IMG/VR virus record: IMGVR_UViG_3300032893_000011
Location: 1-64,000 of that record
Origin: a virus
Direction: 5' to 3' (one strand)
Length of the DNA stretch: 64,000 bases
In this document: positions 9,047-18,584 of the stretch, one piece after another
Layout: each line of letters starts with the position of its first letter
How positions within the stretch are numbered: the first letter of the stretch is position 1
Program-made: the position numbers and the translations under genes
The notes under the pieces: generated by a model
Seen by the model: only the letters and a program-made list of their open reading frames with translations
Database searches by the model: none
What the model was told of the DNA's origin: nothing

Positions 9047-10624
9047 ATGGGATTCGGCATCATCGGCACCGCCCACCTGGGCGCGCCGCGGCGCGTGCAC
9101 GGCGACTACGACTACCTCGTCACCGGCGGCATGGGCTTCATCGGCCGCCACACCATCGCCGAGCTGCGCCGCCAACACCCGCAGGCCCGCATCGTCAGCC
9201 TCGACAACCTCGCCACCGCGCAGCAGGACCGCACCGACCCGTTAACAGAGTTCGTGGCCGGCGACGTCGCCGACACGTCACTGGTCAACCACCTCGTCAG
9301 CAGATGCAAAACCGCCGTCATCCACCTCGCCGCCGACTCGCGGGTGCTGCCGTCCCTGCACGACCCCGCCAAAGTCCTCGACACCGCCCGAACAAACATC
9401 ATCGGCACCGCCAACATCCTCGCGGCGATGACCAAAACCATCGACCCGCTCACCCTCGTCTACGCCGGGTCGTCCACCGCCTACGGCGACACCAGCGTCC
9501 CGCAAACCGAGACGGACCTGCCCAGCGTCAAAAGCCCCTACGCGGCGACGAAACTGGCCGGCGAGCTGCTCATCAGATCGTTCGCGGTGACATTCGGGCT
9601 CGACGCCGTGGTGCTGCGCTACTTCCAGGTGTACGGGCCCGGCCAACCCACCGAAGGCGCCTACGCCCTGGTCACCGGCGTGTTCATGCGCCAGTACGCC
9701 GCCGGGCAACCGTTAACGATAGAAGGCGACGGCACCCAGACCCGCGACTTCGTCCACGTCGCCGACGTGGCCCGCGCCAACGTCGCCGCCCTCGGGTTGC
9801 GCAGCAGCGGCGGGCTGCCCATCAACATCGGCTCCGGGCAGATGCACTCCGTCGCCGAACTGGCCGACCTGATCTCCCTCAACCAGGTCCACGTCCCCGC
9901 CCGCCGCATCGACCTGGCCGCCACCTGCGCCGACATCACCGCCGCTAAGAGCCTGCTCGGGTGGGAACCCGAAATCAAGTTCGCCGACGGGATACACGCG
10001 ATGCTGGCCACGCTGGGCGCCCAGCGGCGCGAGGAGACCAGCGGCCACGACATGCGCCCCGGCCCCTACCTGGCGCCCAAACCCGACCCGGCCGACCCGT
10101 GCCACCGCGGCCAGTGCTACAGCCTCCTACGCCACTGCATAGAGCTGTGCGAACCCGGCTACGGCCTGGAGTTTGGCGTGCAGACCGGGCACTCGCTGGA
10201 GCTGATCGCCCGCCGCCTGTACGGGGTCGGGTTCGACAGCTTCAACGGCCTCCCCGAGCCGTGGGGCCCCTACCCGAAAGGCATGTTCGCCCACCACCCG
10301 CCCGCGATCCCCAACACGCGGATCGTCGTGGGATGGTTCGCCGACACGCTGCCCACGTTCGACTTCACAACCGTGCAGCCGCTGCGCCTCATCCACATCG
10401 ACTGCGACCTGTACAGCTCCACGAAAACCGTGCTTGAGCACCTCGGCCCGCACCTGGCGCCCGGCACGATCCTGGTGTTCGACGAATACCTGTACGACTG
10501 GCCGCCCAACGAGGCCCGCGGCGGCGACGAGCAACGCGCCTGGCGCGACTTCACCCAAACCCACCCCGTGCGCTGGAAGGTGATCGGCCACGCCGCAGGG
10601 GCATGGGCCATACAGGTCGCCTAA
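9047..10624 (+). CDS. NAD-dependent sugar-nucleotide epimerase/dehydratase fused to TylF-like class I O-methyltransferase
   Basis: VTGGMGFIG, YAATK, RDFVHVADVA; C-terminal LEFGVQTG, GFDSFNGLPE, IHIDCDLYSS, VFDEY. Confidence 0.88.
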   Translation: MGFGIIGTAHLGAPRRVHGDYDYLVTGGMGFIGRHTIAELRRQHPQARIVSLDNLATAQQDRTDPLTEFVAGDVADTSLVNHLVSRCKTAVIHLAADSRVLPSLHDPAKVLDTARTNIIGTANILAAMTKTIDPLTLVYAGSSTAYGDTSVPQTETDLPSVKSPYAATKLAGELLIRSFAVTFGLDAVVLRYFQVYGPGQPTEGAYALVTGVFMRQYAAGQPLTIEGDGTQTRDFVHVADVARANVAALGLRSSGGLPINIGSGQMHSVAELADLISLNQVHVPARRIDLAATCADITAAKSLLGWEPEIKFADGIHAMLATLGAQRREETSGHDMRPGPYLAPKPDPADPCHRGQCYSLLRHCIELCEPGYGLEFGVQTGHSLELIARRLYGVGFDSFNGLPEPWGPYPKGMFAHHPPAIPNTRIVVGWFADTLPTFDFTTVQPLRLIHIDCDLYSSTKTVLEHLGPHLAPGTILVFDEYLYDWPPNEARGGDEQRAWRDFTQTHPVRWKVIGHAAGAWAIQVA

Positions 10625-10630
10625 GGGGGT

Positions 10631-11518
10631 ATGCCGATGGGCGGTAATACGGATCGGATAGACCCGGCGCTGCTGGGGCCCGACCTCGGGGCGCAGGTGT
10701 CCTGGCCGGTCACCGACGACCCGATCCCCGACTCTCCGATGGCCCGCTGCTTCAATGACACCTGGCAGATCCACAAGAACGACAACTACATACCGGTGTA
10801 CGAATCGATTTTCAGCCCCTACCGCGACAGGCCGATACGGATGCTGGAGATCGGGGTGAGCCGCGGCGGCTCGCTGCAGCTGTGGCGCCGCTACTTCCAC
10901 CCCGACTCGATAATCGTCGGCTTGGACATCAACCCGGGCTGCGCACGGTTCAACGACCACGAGCATGGCATCTGCGTGCGCATCGGCGACCAAGCCGACA
11001 TTGATCACCTCAACGAGCTCATCGACGAATTCGGCCGCTTCGACATCGTCCTCGACGACGGATCGCACCTACCCACCCCCACCCTCACATCGTTTCAGCA
11101 CCTGTTCGCCCACGGCCTCGCCGACGGAGGCGTGTACCTCGTCGAGGACCTGTGGTTCTGCTACATGCCCGTCGGGCAAGACGAGCACTGCCCCACCTTC
11201 GTCGACGTGGTCAAATACCTGATCGACGTCATGCACCAGGAGTGGGTCGGCCACAACACCCTCGACGCGTTCAGCCTTGAGGGGGCCCGGCTGCTCGCCG
11301 AGCATCCCGGCAGCGCCGACCAGATCGCCTACGGCACCGTCGACCCGCTGCAGGCCACCGTGTGCCGCGTCCCCAACCCGTACCGCATCCGTGAGCACCG
11401 GGTGCCGCTGGCCGCCACCCTCATCGCTGGCATCGAGGTGTACGACGGCATCGTGGCCATCCACCGCCAGCCCCGACACCCGCCCAACGTGCTGCTGAAC
11501 GTGACAGGAGAATTCTGA
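10631..11518 (+). CDS. Class I SAM-dependent (sugar O-) methyltransferase
   Basis: MLEIGVSRGGSLQLW, IGDQAD, FDIVLDDGSH, GGVYLVEDL. Confidence 0.85.
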   Translation: MPMGGNTDRIDPALLGPDLGAQVSWPVTDDPIPDSPMARCFNDTWQIHKNDNYIPVYESIFSPYRDRPIRMLEIGVSRGGSLQLWRRYFHPDSIIVGLDINPGCARFNDHEHGICVRIGDQADIDHLNELIDEFGRFDIVLDDGSHLPTPTLTSFQHLFAHGLADGGVYLVEDLWFCYMPVGQDEHCPTFVDVVKYLIDVMHQEWVGHNTLDAFSLEGARLLAEHPGSADQIAYGTVDPLQATVCRVPNPYRIREHRVPLAATLIAGIEVYDGIVAIHRQPRHPPNVLLNVTGEF

Positions 11519-12723
11519 TGCCTGACGTGATCATGTTCTGCTTCGCGGGACGCGAGCCCAACATGCGGCTGCAACTGCCGTTCATCCGGCGGATATTGGA
11601 CGAGCATCCCAACATCCGCTGGGACTGCTGGAATTTCGCCGGGAACTGCGGGATCGGCGGCAACCGGCAGGACTCCGACCGTGACTACGTGGCGTCGATC
11701 AGCGGCGAGCGGATTCGGGTGATCAACGACCACGGCCCGATGCAGCACAACGAGGCCTACCGCTACTACGCCAGCAACAGCGCCTACCGAGATGTCCTGT
11801 TCGTCAAGCACGACGACGACGTCGTGTTCTGGGAGACGGCGCGCTTCGACCTGTTCCTCGACGCCGTCGACAAGCACCGCGGCGCGTGCGTGACCGCGAA
11901 CGTCGTCCACAACGGGGCCTGCGCGCCCCTGCAGCCAACCTGGCGCGACGTGACACGCCTGAACGTCCCCATCCTCGACATCCACAAGTCCCAGGAGTTC
12001 GGCGACGTCTGCCACCGCCACTTCCTCGACCACCCCGACGCCTACCTGCGCCAAACCCCCGAACTGATCCGCACCGACGACTGGCTGTCCATCAACCTGG
12101 TCGGCTACGACTGGCCCACCCTGCGCTACTGCATCGACACGATCGGCACCCCCCACCCCGAATACCTCGCCGGGCGGCACATGCTCGTGAAGGGCAAATG
12201 GCACTACGGCAAGACCTTCGGCGACGAGGGCACCTTCCAGACGCTCAACCGGATCATCGTCAAAGGCTTCTGCGCCGTCCACCTCACCTACGGGCCGCAG
12301 CGCCAACCCGAGCCGAAGCTGGCACGGTGGCGGGCCCGCTACGCCCGGGTGGGCGCCGACTACCTCGCCGACGCCGCCCCCGAAGCGCTGCCCCTACCCG
12401 CCCTGTCGCCCGACGTGGTGCGCGGCTACACCCACGAGGCCCCGCCGCCGCCGCCCGACTGGCACGCCCGCTACCGAGGGGACGGCTGGTCGCGGCGCAA
12501 AATCATGCGCACCGTCGCCAACAGCCACCGAGGCGTCGTCAACAAGATCGGCCGCCAAAACGAGGCCCAGACCGCCGAAATGTTCGCCCGCATGATGTCC
12601 TGCCCGTCGGAGGCCCAGGCCGCGCAGTTCGCCCGACAGTGGGCCGCCTGCACCAACACGAAAGCCGAGCGGGACCTGATCCTGGCCTGGTGGCCCGACG
12701 AGGACACCGACTACGGGCTCTGA
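11518..12723 (+). CDS. Putative glycosyltransferase (GT-A-like)
   Basis: FAGRE N-terminus, FVKHDDDVVF DxD-like motif, SINLVGY, GDE; coupled to methyltransferase. Confidence 0.6.
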   Translation: MPDVIMFCFAGREPNMRLQLPFIRRILDEHPNIRWDCWNFAGNCGIGGNRQDSDRDYVASISGERIRVINDHGPMQHNEAYRYYASNSAYRDVLFVKHDDDVVFWETARFDLFLDAVDKHRGACVTANVVHNGACAPLQPTWRDVTRLNVPILDIHKSQEFGDVCHRHFLDHPDAYLRQTPELIRTDDWLSINLVGYDWPTLRYCIDTIGTPHPEYLAGRHMLVKGKWHYGKTFGDEGTFQTLNRIIVKGFCAVHLTYGPQRQPEPKLARWRARYARVGADYLADAAPEALPLPALSPDVVRGYTHEAPPPPPDWHARYRGDGWSRRKIMRTVANSHRGVVNKIGRQNEAQTAEMFARMMSCPSEAQAAQFARQWAACTNTKAERDLILAWWPDEDTDYGL

Positions 12724-12727
12724 CCGC

Positions 12728-12823
12728 TCACTTGGTCTTGCGGCCAGTCTTCTTCGGGGTGAACGGCGGCGCCTTCCGGTCCCCGAAGTTCGCCAGCTTG
12801 CCCTTGCTCTTCTTCTTGGCCAT
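12728..12823 (-). CDS. 31-aa Lys-rich basic peptide
   Basis: MAKKKSKGKLANFGDRKAPPFTPKKTGRKTK; TAGGCT -10 box 7 nt upstream of ATG. Confidence 0.6.
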   Translation of the reverse strand: MAKKKSKGKLANFGDRKAPPFTPKKTGRKTK

Positions 12824-12837
12824 GCGGGCGAGCCTAG

Positions 12838-13575
12838 TCAGCGGCTCGGCGCCGCGCCCCGATCAGCGCCGGTGAGCAGCCGGATCTGCCCGGCGGTGCG
12901 CGCCCCCAGGTAGGCCCGCAGCCGCGCCCGGTTACGGTCGGTGGCGGCACGCTCCTCCGCGCTCACATGCGCCGCGCCCCCGGCGAACCGCCCAGCCGGC
13001 CAGCCCGGGGTGTGAAACAAGTGGTACGCCGGGCCCTCCACGTAGCGGGTCAACCGCCGGGTGCACACCGCGAACGCCCGCACCATCGCCCTGTCGTCGT
13101 AACCCCAGCCGGCCATCTGTTCGTCCCACCGACCGACGGCGCGCATCGTCTGCGCAGACACCACATTGACAGCCCCGACGGCGCTGCCCCCGTACATGGT
13201 GCGCAGAGGCTTGATAGTCGCAGGGTCCACACCGGCCCGCACCGCCGCACTGCCCTCCGGGCTCAGGTAGTGGTACGAGGTCATCGGCACCACCAGCCCC
13301 GGCGCGGCGGTCGCCATGTCCACCGCCAGCCGCAGCGAGGACGGCGGGACGAGCATGTCGGCCTCGACGAAACAGAAGCAGCCCACCCTCCCCGCCTCGG
13401 CGACACCGCGGTTGTAGGCCGCCGAGCGGCAGAACGGGCCGCCACTGCGGCCGTCGTCGGCGACGATCACCGGCCAGCCGGTCACCTCAAGCCGCTGCCT
13501 GACGACGACCAGGTTCGCGGCCCGGTCGGGGTCGCCGCGGTCCCGATAGGGCACGACCACCGCCACCGACGTCAC
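12838..13575 (-). CDS. Glycosyltransferase GT2/GT7C-like
   Basis: VVVPYR, FCRSAAYNRG, EADML, GRWDEQMAGWGYDD, YHLFH. Confidence 0.82.
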   Translation of the reverse strand: MTSVAVVVPYRDRGDPDRAANLVVVRQRLEVTGWPVIVADDGRSGGPFCRSAAYNRGVAEAGRVGCFCFVEADMLVPPSSLRLAVDMATAAPGLVVPMTSYHYLSPEGSAAVRAGVDPATIKPLRTMYGGSAVGAVNVVSAQTMRAVGRWDEQMAGWGYDDRAMVRAFAVCTRRLTRYVEGPAYHLFHTPGWPAGRFAGGAAHVSAEERAATDRNRARLRAYLGARTAGQIRLLTGADRGAAPSR

Positions 13576-13582
13576 GGTGCGC

Positions 13583-13825
13583 CTAGTTCTGCGGTGCGAC
13601 GAGCAGCCCGGCCCGGCGGGCGTAGCCGCGATGCGCCGCGCACGCCCTGCGGTACCGCGCCGTCCCCGGCTGACGGGTGTAAGAATGCCAGAACGTCACG
13701 CAGCCGCACGGGTGCTCCCGGTCGGGCCCGTCGACGGCCACTGCCACCGACTCCCGCGGCGTCTCTGCGGGGCCCAGCCGGAATTCGCCCATCGGGATCG
13801 GCGGTCCGTTCGGGATGTCGGTCAT
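13583..13825 (-). CDS. Hypothetical protein
   Basis: 80 aa ORF in a coupled leftward gene run. Confidence 0.4.
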   Translation of the reverse strand: MTDIPNGPPIPMGEFRLGPAETPRESVAVAVDGPDREHPCGCVTFWHSYTRQPGTARYRRACAAHRGYARRAGLLVAPQN

Positions 13826-13978
13826 AAGTCACACCGAAGGCGCTCGTCGAGCCATTCGACAGCCCGCAGCACGACCATCGAGTAGGCCAGGATCTGATAG
13901 GTGATCATCGCCATCCACACCTGCACCACCTGCTCGTCGTCGGTCATCGCGACCCGCAGCGCCTAAACGGTCTGGCCA

Positions 13979-14347
13979 TCACGCCCTCCTCCTATTCCCC
14001 CGCCGGGTCGGCATGTGCCTGCGCACGGCACGGCGCCCGGCGGCAGTATGACCCCCGCCACTCGTGCCGCCGGGGATCGCCACACCGTGACGTTCATACA
14101 GTGGCAACGCGCGGTAACGAGGCGAATACCCGATCACCTTGGTGATCGCCGAAAACATGCCCGCCTTGTGGGATTCCTTGTGCGCGAACCGTTCTCGTAG
14201 ATACGGGTTTGCGTAGAAGTAGCGCATTTGCTTCTTGGAAACAAAGCCGAACGGCAAGCCGTGCCCGTGTCGTCCCTTACGGTGCCCCGTGACCGTTCTA
14301 CGCGAATGGCCCCGGCGGTGTGCCGTTGTGTGTCGGCGGGTGGCCAT
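13979..14347 (-). CDS. Arg/His-rich basic protein
   Basis: MATRRHTTAHRRGHSRR...FVSKKQMRYFYA...RRGNRRRA; ATG overlaps upstream TGA. Confidence 0.6.
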   Translation of the reverse strand: MATRRHTTAHRRGHSRRTVTGHRKGRHGHGLPFGFVSKKQMRYFYANPYLRERFAHKESHKAGMFSAITKVIGYSPRYRALPLYERHGVAIPGGTSGGGHTAAGRRAVRRHMPTRRGNRRRA

Positions 14348-14829
14348 CAGACATGCCTCCATCTGGCTCGGCGGATGATCTGGCTGACGTACACCCGATG
14401 CAGGCCATACTCCTCGGCGAGCACGAGTTGCGTGACACCGCCGTGGGCGTATCGCGCCCGGATGGCCAGGACGATGTCGGCGCTAATTCGGGCGTTGCCG
14501 TTGCCTTCACCGCGGTTATGGGTGTTACCGGCGGCGTGGGTTCTGCCCTTCATGAACGTGCTGATCTTGGCGCGGGTGGCGTCAGTCATGTCGTAGATGG
14601 TGTGGCAGCCGTAGCACATCGGTTCGTAGCTGGTGATCAGCATCGGGTCTTCGCCATGCTGCCACGCCCAGGTGCGCGCAGGCTCATCACACTGGATGCA
14701 GTCGTAGTTGCGTGCGGGCCCGTAGGTGAGGCGGACAATCCTGTGGACGCGGCGGTACGAACCAGTGTTCTTTAACGGCGGTATCCAGGTTTGAACCCCG
14801 GCGATGCCATCGCAGACCTCAGCGACCAT
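14347..14829 (-). CDS. HNH-like endonuclease with C-terminal HTH
   Basis: YRRVH..CIQC..YEPMCYGCHTIYD; GEGNGNARIS...TQLVLAEEYGLHRVYVSQII; GGAGG RBS. Confidence 0.75.
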   Translation of the reverse strand: MVAEVCDGIAGVQTWIPPLKNTGSYRRVHRIVRLTYGPARNYDCIQCDEPARTWAWQHGEDPMLITSYEPMCYGCHTIYDMTDATRAKISTFMKGRTHAAGNTHNRGEGNGNARISADIVLAIRARYAHGGVTQLVLAEEYGLHRVYVSQIIRRARWRHV

Positions 14830-15073
14830 GCCGCCTCCGATTGGCCTGGATGGAGGCGGGAGGTTCCCGGCGCCGTGTCATAACAGCTCAGTGCCGGCTA
14901 ACCACGGCACGCCGTGTTCGACTGGAGCATGTGACTCCACTTCGACATCGGCTTGCCGCGCTGAATGGTGGGATTGCGTCCCGCGGCCGTGTTGAACACC
15001 GACCGCGACTTGCCCCGACCCCTGCGCCTACGTCTGCGTGCCATGGACCCGATCCTATTGCTGTGGCGTGCGC

Positions 15074-15328
15074 TCACGCCGTGTCATCGGGCCGCGCGGT
15101 CGGCGAGGCCCCGGCATCTGCCTGCAGGGACCTGAGGATGCCGTCCAAACCGGTGCTCTCATCAGAGACCAAGCCCACAAACGCGGCGGAAGGAAATGTG
15201 CAACGCAGCAGCAGCGCCGCCTCCACACCGCCGGGCTTGCGGATCAAATCGCAGTTCATGGTCACCTCCTCAGCCCCGGGCTGATCGAACCAAATCTGGT
15301 TGTTGACGACGATGACCACGTGATTCAC
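15074..15328 (-). CDS. Hypothetical phage protein
   Basis: Coupled to upstream gene (GTGA overlap). Confidence 0.45.
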   Translation of the reverse strand: MNHVVIVVNNQIWFDQPGAEEVTMNCDLIRKPGGVEAALLLRCTFPSAAFVGLVSDESTGLDGILRSLQADAGASPTARPDDTA

Positions 15329-15681
15329 GGCAGCCTCACCTCCGCGGGCGCCGATTGCACAACCCTGGCAATCGCCTGGACCATCGCCACGATTGCCTCT
15401 TCCTCCGTGAGCATCGACTCCACAACCTTGGCGAGTGCCTGAACCATCGCCAACGTCTCGCCGAAATAAGCCGCCACGGTCTCGCCGTTGAACGGCTGAC
15501 CCTCACGCTTTTCGACGTCTGCCTCGCAGTCGGCGATGATCATGCGAACAACATCCATACGCTTAGCCGGAGTGCTACGCGTGTCCGCATCCTCGACCTC
15601 GCGCGCCTGCCTGTCGAGTTCGTCGGCGATCGCCCGAGCCCTGTCCGCCTCCCAGCGCAACTTCGCGGCGCTGGCCGTCAT
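15325..15681 (-). CDS. Hypothetical phage protein
   Basis: GGAGGAGG RBS, ATGA overlap. Confidence 0.6.
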   Translation of the reverse strand: MTASAAKLRWEADRARAIADELDRQAREVEDADTRSTPAKRMDVVRMIIADCEADVEKREGQPFNGETVAAYFGETLAMVQALAKVVESMLTEEEAIVAMVQAIARVVQSAPAEVRLP

Positions 15682-15965
15682 AATGCCTCCTCCTGGTAGT
15701 CGGTGCGCATGGCCAGATGTGTCTGCTCCGCGGCGGCGGCGGCGATACCCTCACCGAATCCCCGCAGCGTGGCCGCCGCCATCCGCCAGCCGTGCGCGGC
15801 CTCGCCGAACCCCAGCTGGTCCTTCTCGGCCGCATAGGCCTCGAACCGCTTAATCAGGGAGTCCATCGAGACGCATGCCGAGGCACGGGCCTGCGCATAA
15901 CCGGCGCGCCAGCCCTCGCTGTAGCCGTAGGCGTAGCCGGATCGCACTTCATGGGTGTCGGCCAT
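15678..15965 (-). CDS. Hypothetical phage protein
   Basis: AAGGAG RBS; GYxxGYxxG motif. Confidence 0.6.
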   Translation of the reverse strand: MADTHEVRSGYAYGYSEGWRAGYAQARASACVSMDSLIKRFEAYAAEKDQLGFGEAAHGWRMAAATLRGFGEGIAAAAAEQTHLAMRTDYQEEAL

Positions 15966-16141
15966 TTAGGGCTCCTTCGATTGTTCGGTGAGGTAATCGG
16001 CATGCGAGGGCAGCGGCCAGAACAGGCCGCGCCGAAGACGCGCCACGACGGAGAAAAGCTGCTCATACCGCAGCGCAGCCACCACCGAGCGCCAGGCGTC
16101 GTTCAGCGTCAACGACGACATCTCCCTACAGGTCGCGCCAC

Positions 16142-16648
16142 TCATAGCGGCATCACCCCGACCGGCCCGACCGACTCGATAGCGTCCAAATTCCAGACGC
16201 AGCCGCTGGCGCAATCCCAGCCGTAATACCAGCCCGGCCCGAAGCGCCGGGAGTACTGGTAGGGGGCGATGATCAGCCCGTCGTACTCCCCGGCGACCCG
16301 ATGCCAGTCGACCGGCCAGGAGCCGCGCACGTATTCGTGAAACAGATTCCAACCGCGCATCAGGCGCGCATCTTCCGTCTCCACCGAATACGCGGCGTGA
16401 AACCAGTCGATGTCACCGGGGGTTCGCAGATGCAGCACGTCGTTGCCCGCGGCCAGCTCGACGGCATGCGGGACCGCCAGCTGTCCGAGTGCGAAGCCCT
16501 CGTCGTGGCACCAGCTCGGCCAATCGTCGTCGCCAGTCACGCTGACCCAGAAGCCCCTCGGCTTCATGAACGCCCGGGGTTCCCCCTGCTCGTAGAGCCT
16601 GCCGCGGTTGAACACGACCGGCTCGGCGGCGTAGTGGATCAGCTCCAT
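16142..16648 (-). CDS. Conserved phage hypothetical protein
   Basis: KPRGFWVS, YDGLII, GWDCASGCVW; TAGGGT -10 box 7 nt upstream of ATG 16648. Confidence 0.65.
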   Translation of the reverse strand: MELIHYAAEPVVFNRGRLYEQGEPRAFMKPRGFWVSVTGDDDWPSWCHDEGFALGQLAVPHAVELAAGNDVLHLRTPGDIDWFHAAYSVETEDARLMRGWNLFHEYVRGSWPVDWHRVAGEYDGLIIAPYQYSRRFGPGWYYGWDCASGCVWNLDAIESVGPVGVMPL

Positions 16649-16870
16649 GCTTCCTACCCTATAACACGATGGTGGCATTGTGGTCTGCGACATGACATGA
16701 CCGCTAGGCCGTGCATCCGTCGTACTGCAGGCACGGGCACAACCGGTGCCCACGATCCCGGCACCTCGGATGCCCCATCTCCCCGCAGGTCAGGCACACA
16801 CGGCACTGCCCCCACCCGCGGCCGTCCCACGAATGCTGCATCGGCATATGGCCGCAGCCCCGCGGCGCGC

Positions 16871-17209
16871 TCATGACGTGTCCCCGACCTCGATGTGGTG
16901 CTGCGGCGCCCCGACCGGGATCAGCGGCCACGGCTGGGACGGGTCGACGTCCTCGCAGTGCACCATCCGCGGGATCACGATCGAGTACAGCAGCGACCCG
17001 CTCACGTAGGCCCTGGAGCCCCAGCAGCGTTTGAACGTGCCGTCGGGACGAATCGGGCCGTCGCACACCGCCGAGCTGCCGTCCCACGCCGTGAGGCACG
17101 CGGGCGGCGCGTCGGCATGCGCGGCCGGCGGGTGAACCACCCCGACCGCCGCGGCGGCGATAACCGCCGCGGCCAGCCGCGCATACATGGTCCTGCCCTG
17201 GGGTTTCAT
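16871..17209 (-). CDS. Secreted small Cys protein (CDGP-motif type)
   Basis: Signal peptide ending PAAHA-D; CDGPIRPDGTFKRCW. Confidence 0.7.
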   Translation of the reverse strand: MKPQGRTMYARLAAAVIAAAAVGVVHPPAAHADAPPACLTAWDGSSAVCDGPIRPDGTFKRCWGSRAYVSGSLLYSIVIPRMVHCEDVDPSQPWPLIPVGAPQHHIEVGDTS

Positions 17210-17212
17210 GAC

Positions 17213-18217
17213 TCACCTCGTTGCGTGGCGGGCGGTCGGCGTGTGCGCTGTCGGCACCAGCCGGCCGTGGCTGATGTGCGGCCCCAGGTTCGGTGTCAGC
17301 TGCGAGTAGCCCGCGTCGACCACCGGCTTGAGCGCACTGTTGAGGCCGTTGTAGACCTTCGGCGGCAGCACACCCTTGATCGGGGACAGGATCGGCAGAT
17401 CCTGTGTGGGCACCATGTAGGTGGTGGTCACCCCACCCTTGGCGTTGACGGTTCGGCTCATCTGAACCGCGTCCGCCGGGCTCGACAACGCCGCCTGGGT
17501 GTGCAGCGTCTCACTGGTGCCCGGCACCTTCAGCAGCGCGCCCATGACCGCATTGACATCAGCCGGCAAGTCCCACGGCCGATCGGGGAAATTCGACCAG
17601 CCGTCGTACTGCTTGTACACCAGCGTGATGCTGTACGGGCTGTCGGTCGGTATCTGCCCGACCGTGTAACCCAGCACCGGGATGCGGGTACCCACGGGGA
17701 ACAACGACGCGACGCCCTCGTCCGGGTCGGCGAACAAGTAGAAACTCAGCCGGCCCGGGGACGGCGGGGCGGCGCTGTCGTCGAGGGTGACAATCTCACG
17801 CTCGATGAGCAGCGTGCCCTCCGACTCCCCGCTGACCACCACCGGGTCGCCGGCGTTGATCGCGGACATGATGGCGCCGTTCAACATCGGCAGGCCGACC
17901 GCGATGGACTGGTCCCCGGTCAGCCCGGGGGATTGCAGCGTGCCCCAAGCCGCGCCGGCCTGCGCCGGCCAGTACACCACGTTGCCGGGCGGTGTGGGCC
18001 CGACCCAGTTCTGCCCGGTCTGCCGGGCGTGTTGCTCGTAGAAGGCCTCCCCGTTGCTGCCGAGGATTTTGGCCACTAGCGGGCTCTTGGGCACCGACGC
18101 GCCGGGCGCGTCGATGCGAACCGTGTCAGCAGCGAACACTGGCGCGGAAGCGCCCACGGCCGCCGCCAGGGCGACACCCGCGACCGCGACCGCTTTAGCT
18201 GTCCGTGTTTTCCTCAT
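17213..18217 (-). CDS. Secreted PE-PPE-domain (cutinase-like alpha/beta hydrolase) protein
   Basis: Signal peptide after strong RBS; GESEG elbow, QYDGWSNFP, QDLPILSP, LKPVVDAGYS; frame stays open upstream to ATG 18394. Confidence 0.8.
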   Translation of the reverse strand: MRKTRTAKAVAVAGVALAAAVGASAPVFAADTVRIDAPGASVPKSPLVAKILGSNGEAFYEQHARQTGQNWVGPTPPGNVVYWPAQAGAAWGTLQSPGLTGDQSIAVGLPMLNGAIMSAINAGDPVVVSGESEGTLLIEREIVTLDDSAAPPSPGRLSFYLFADPDEGVASLFPVGTRIPVLGYTVGQIPTDSPYSITLVYKQYDGWSNFPDRPWDLPADVNAVMGALLKVPGTSETLHTQAALSSPADAVQMSRTVNAKGGVTTTYMVPTQDLPILSPIKGVLPPKVYNGLNSALKPVVDAGYSQLTPNLGPHISHGRLVPTAHTPTARHATR

Positions 18218-18537
18218 GGTCCTTCTCCTCCCTCTGGCGATTCGCCTGGCGTCCTCGCCCAACTCGCCCCGCCGCGCCGCTTTCACAATCGCGCGGGCCG
18301 CTGCTGGGCTGGTCTTAATGAGGGCGCGTGCCTCGGCTATCAGCCGGCGAAGCTCAACCTCAGTGCTACTGATTGGCGTACGGGTGGTGGTCATAATTGC
18401 TCCTCCGTTGTGGTAGTGGCCAGGGGAGATTCGAACTCCGCATCATCGCCCTACCCGGGTAGCCTTGGTCGGGGAGCCGATGCTTTTCATGGTGCCCTCC
18501 TGGGCCGGTGGTTCGGCGTGGGTTCCCACCTACCCCC

Positions 18538-18543
18538 ATTATA
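18538..18543 (-). promoter_or_regulatory. SigA-like -10 box (TATAAT) for the leftward gene run
   Basis: Consensus hexamer in the divergent intergenic gap. Confidence 0.6.
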
Positions 18544-18572
18544 CGCCGTGGAGGCATTGTAGGCTAGGGGGT

Positions 18573-18578
18573 TAGGAT
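18573..18578 (+). promoter_or_regulatory. -10 box (TAGGAT), probable leaderless promoter of the DNA-modification/terminase operon
   Basis: TANNNT 6 nt upstream of ATG 18585, no RBS. Confidence 0.55.
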
Positions 18579-18584
18579 ACCGCC

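Noticed and set aside
18411-18506. Functional tRNA gene
   Set aside because: T-loop present but no convincing D and anticodon arms; acceptor spacing is non-canonical
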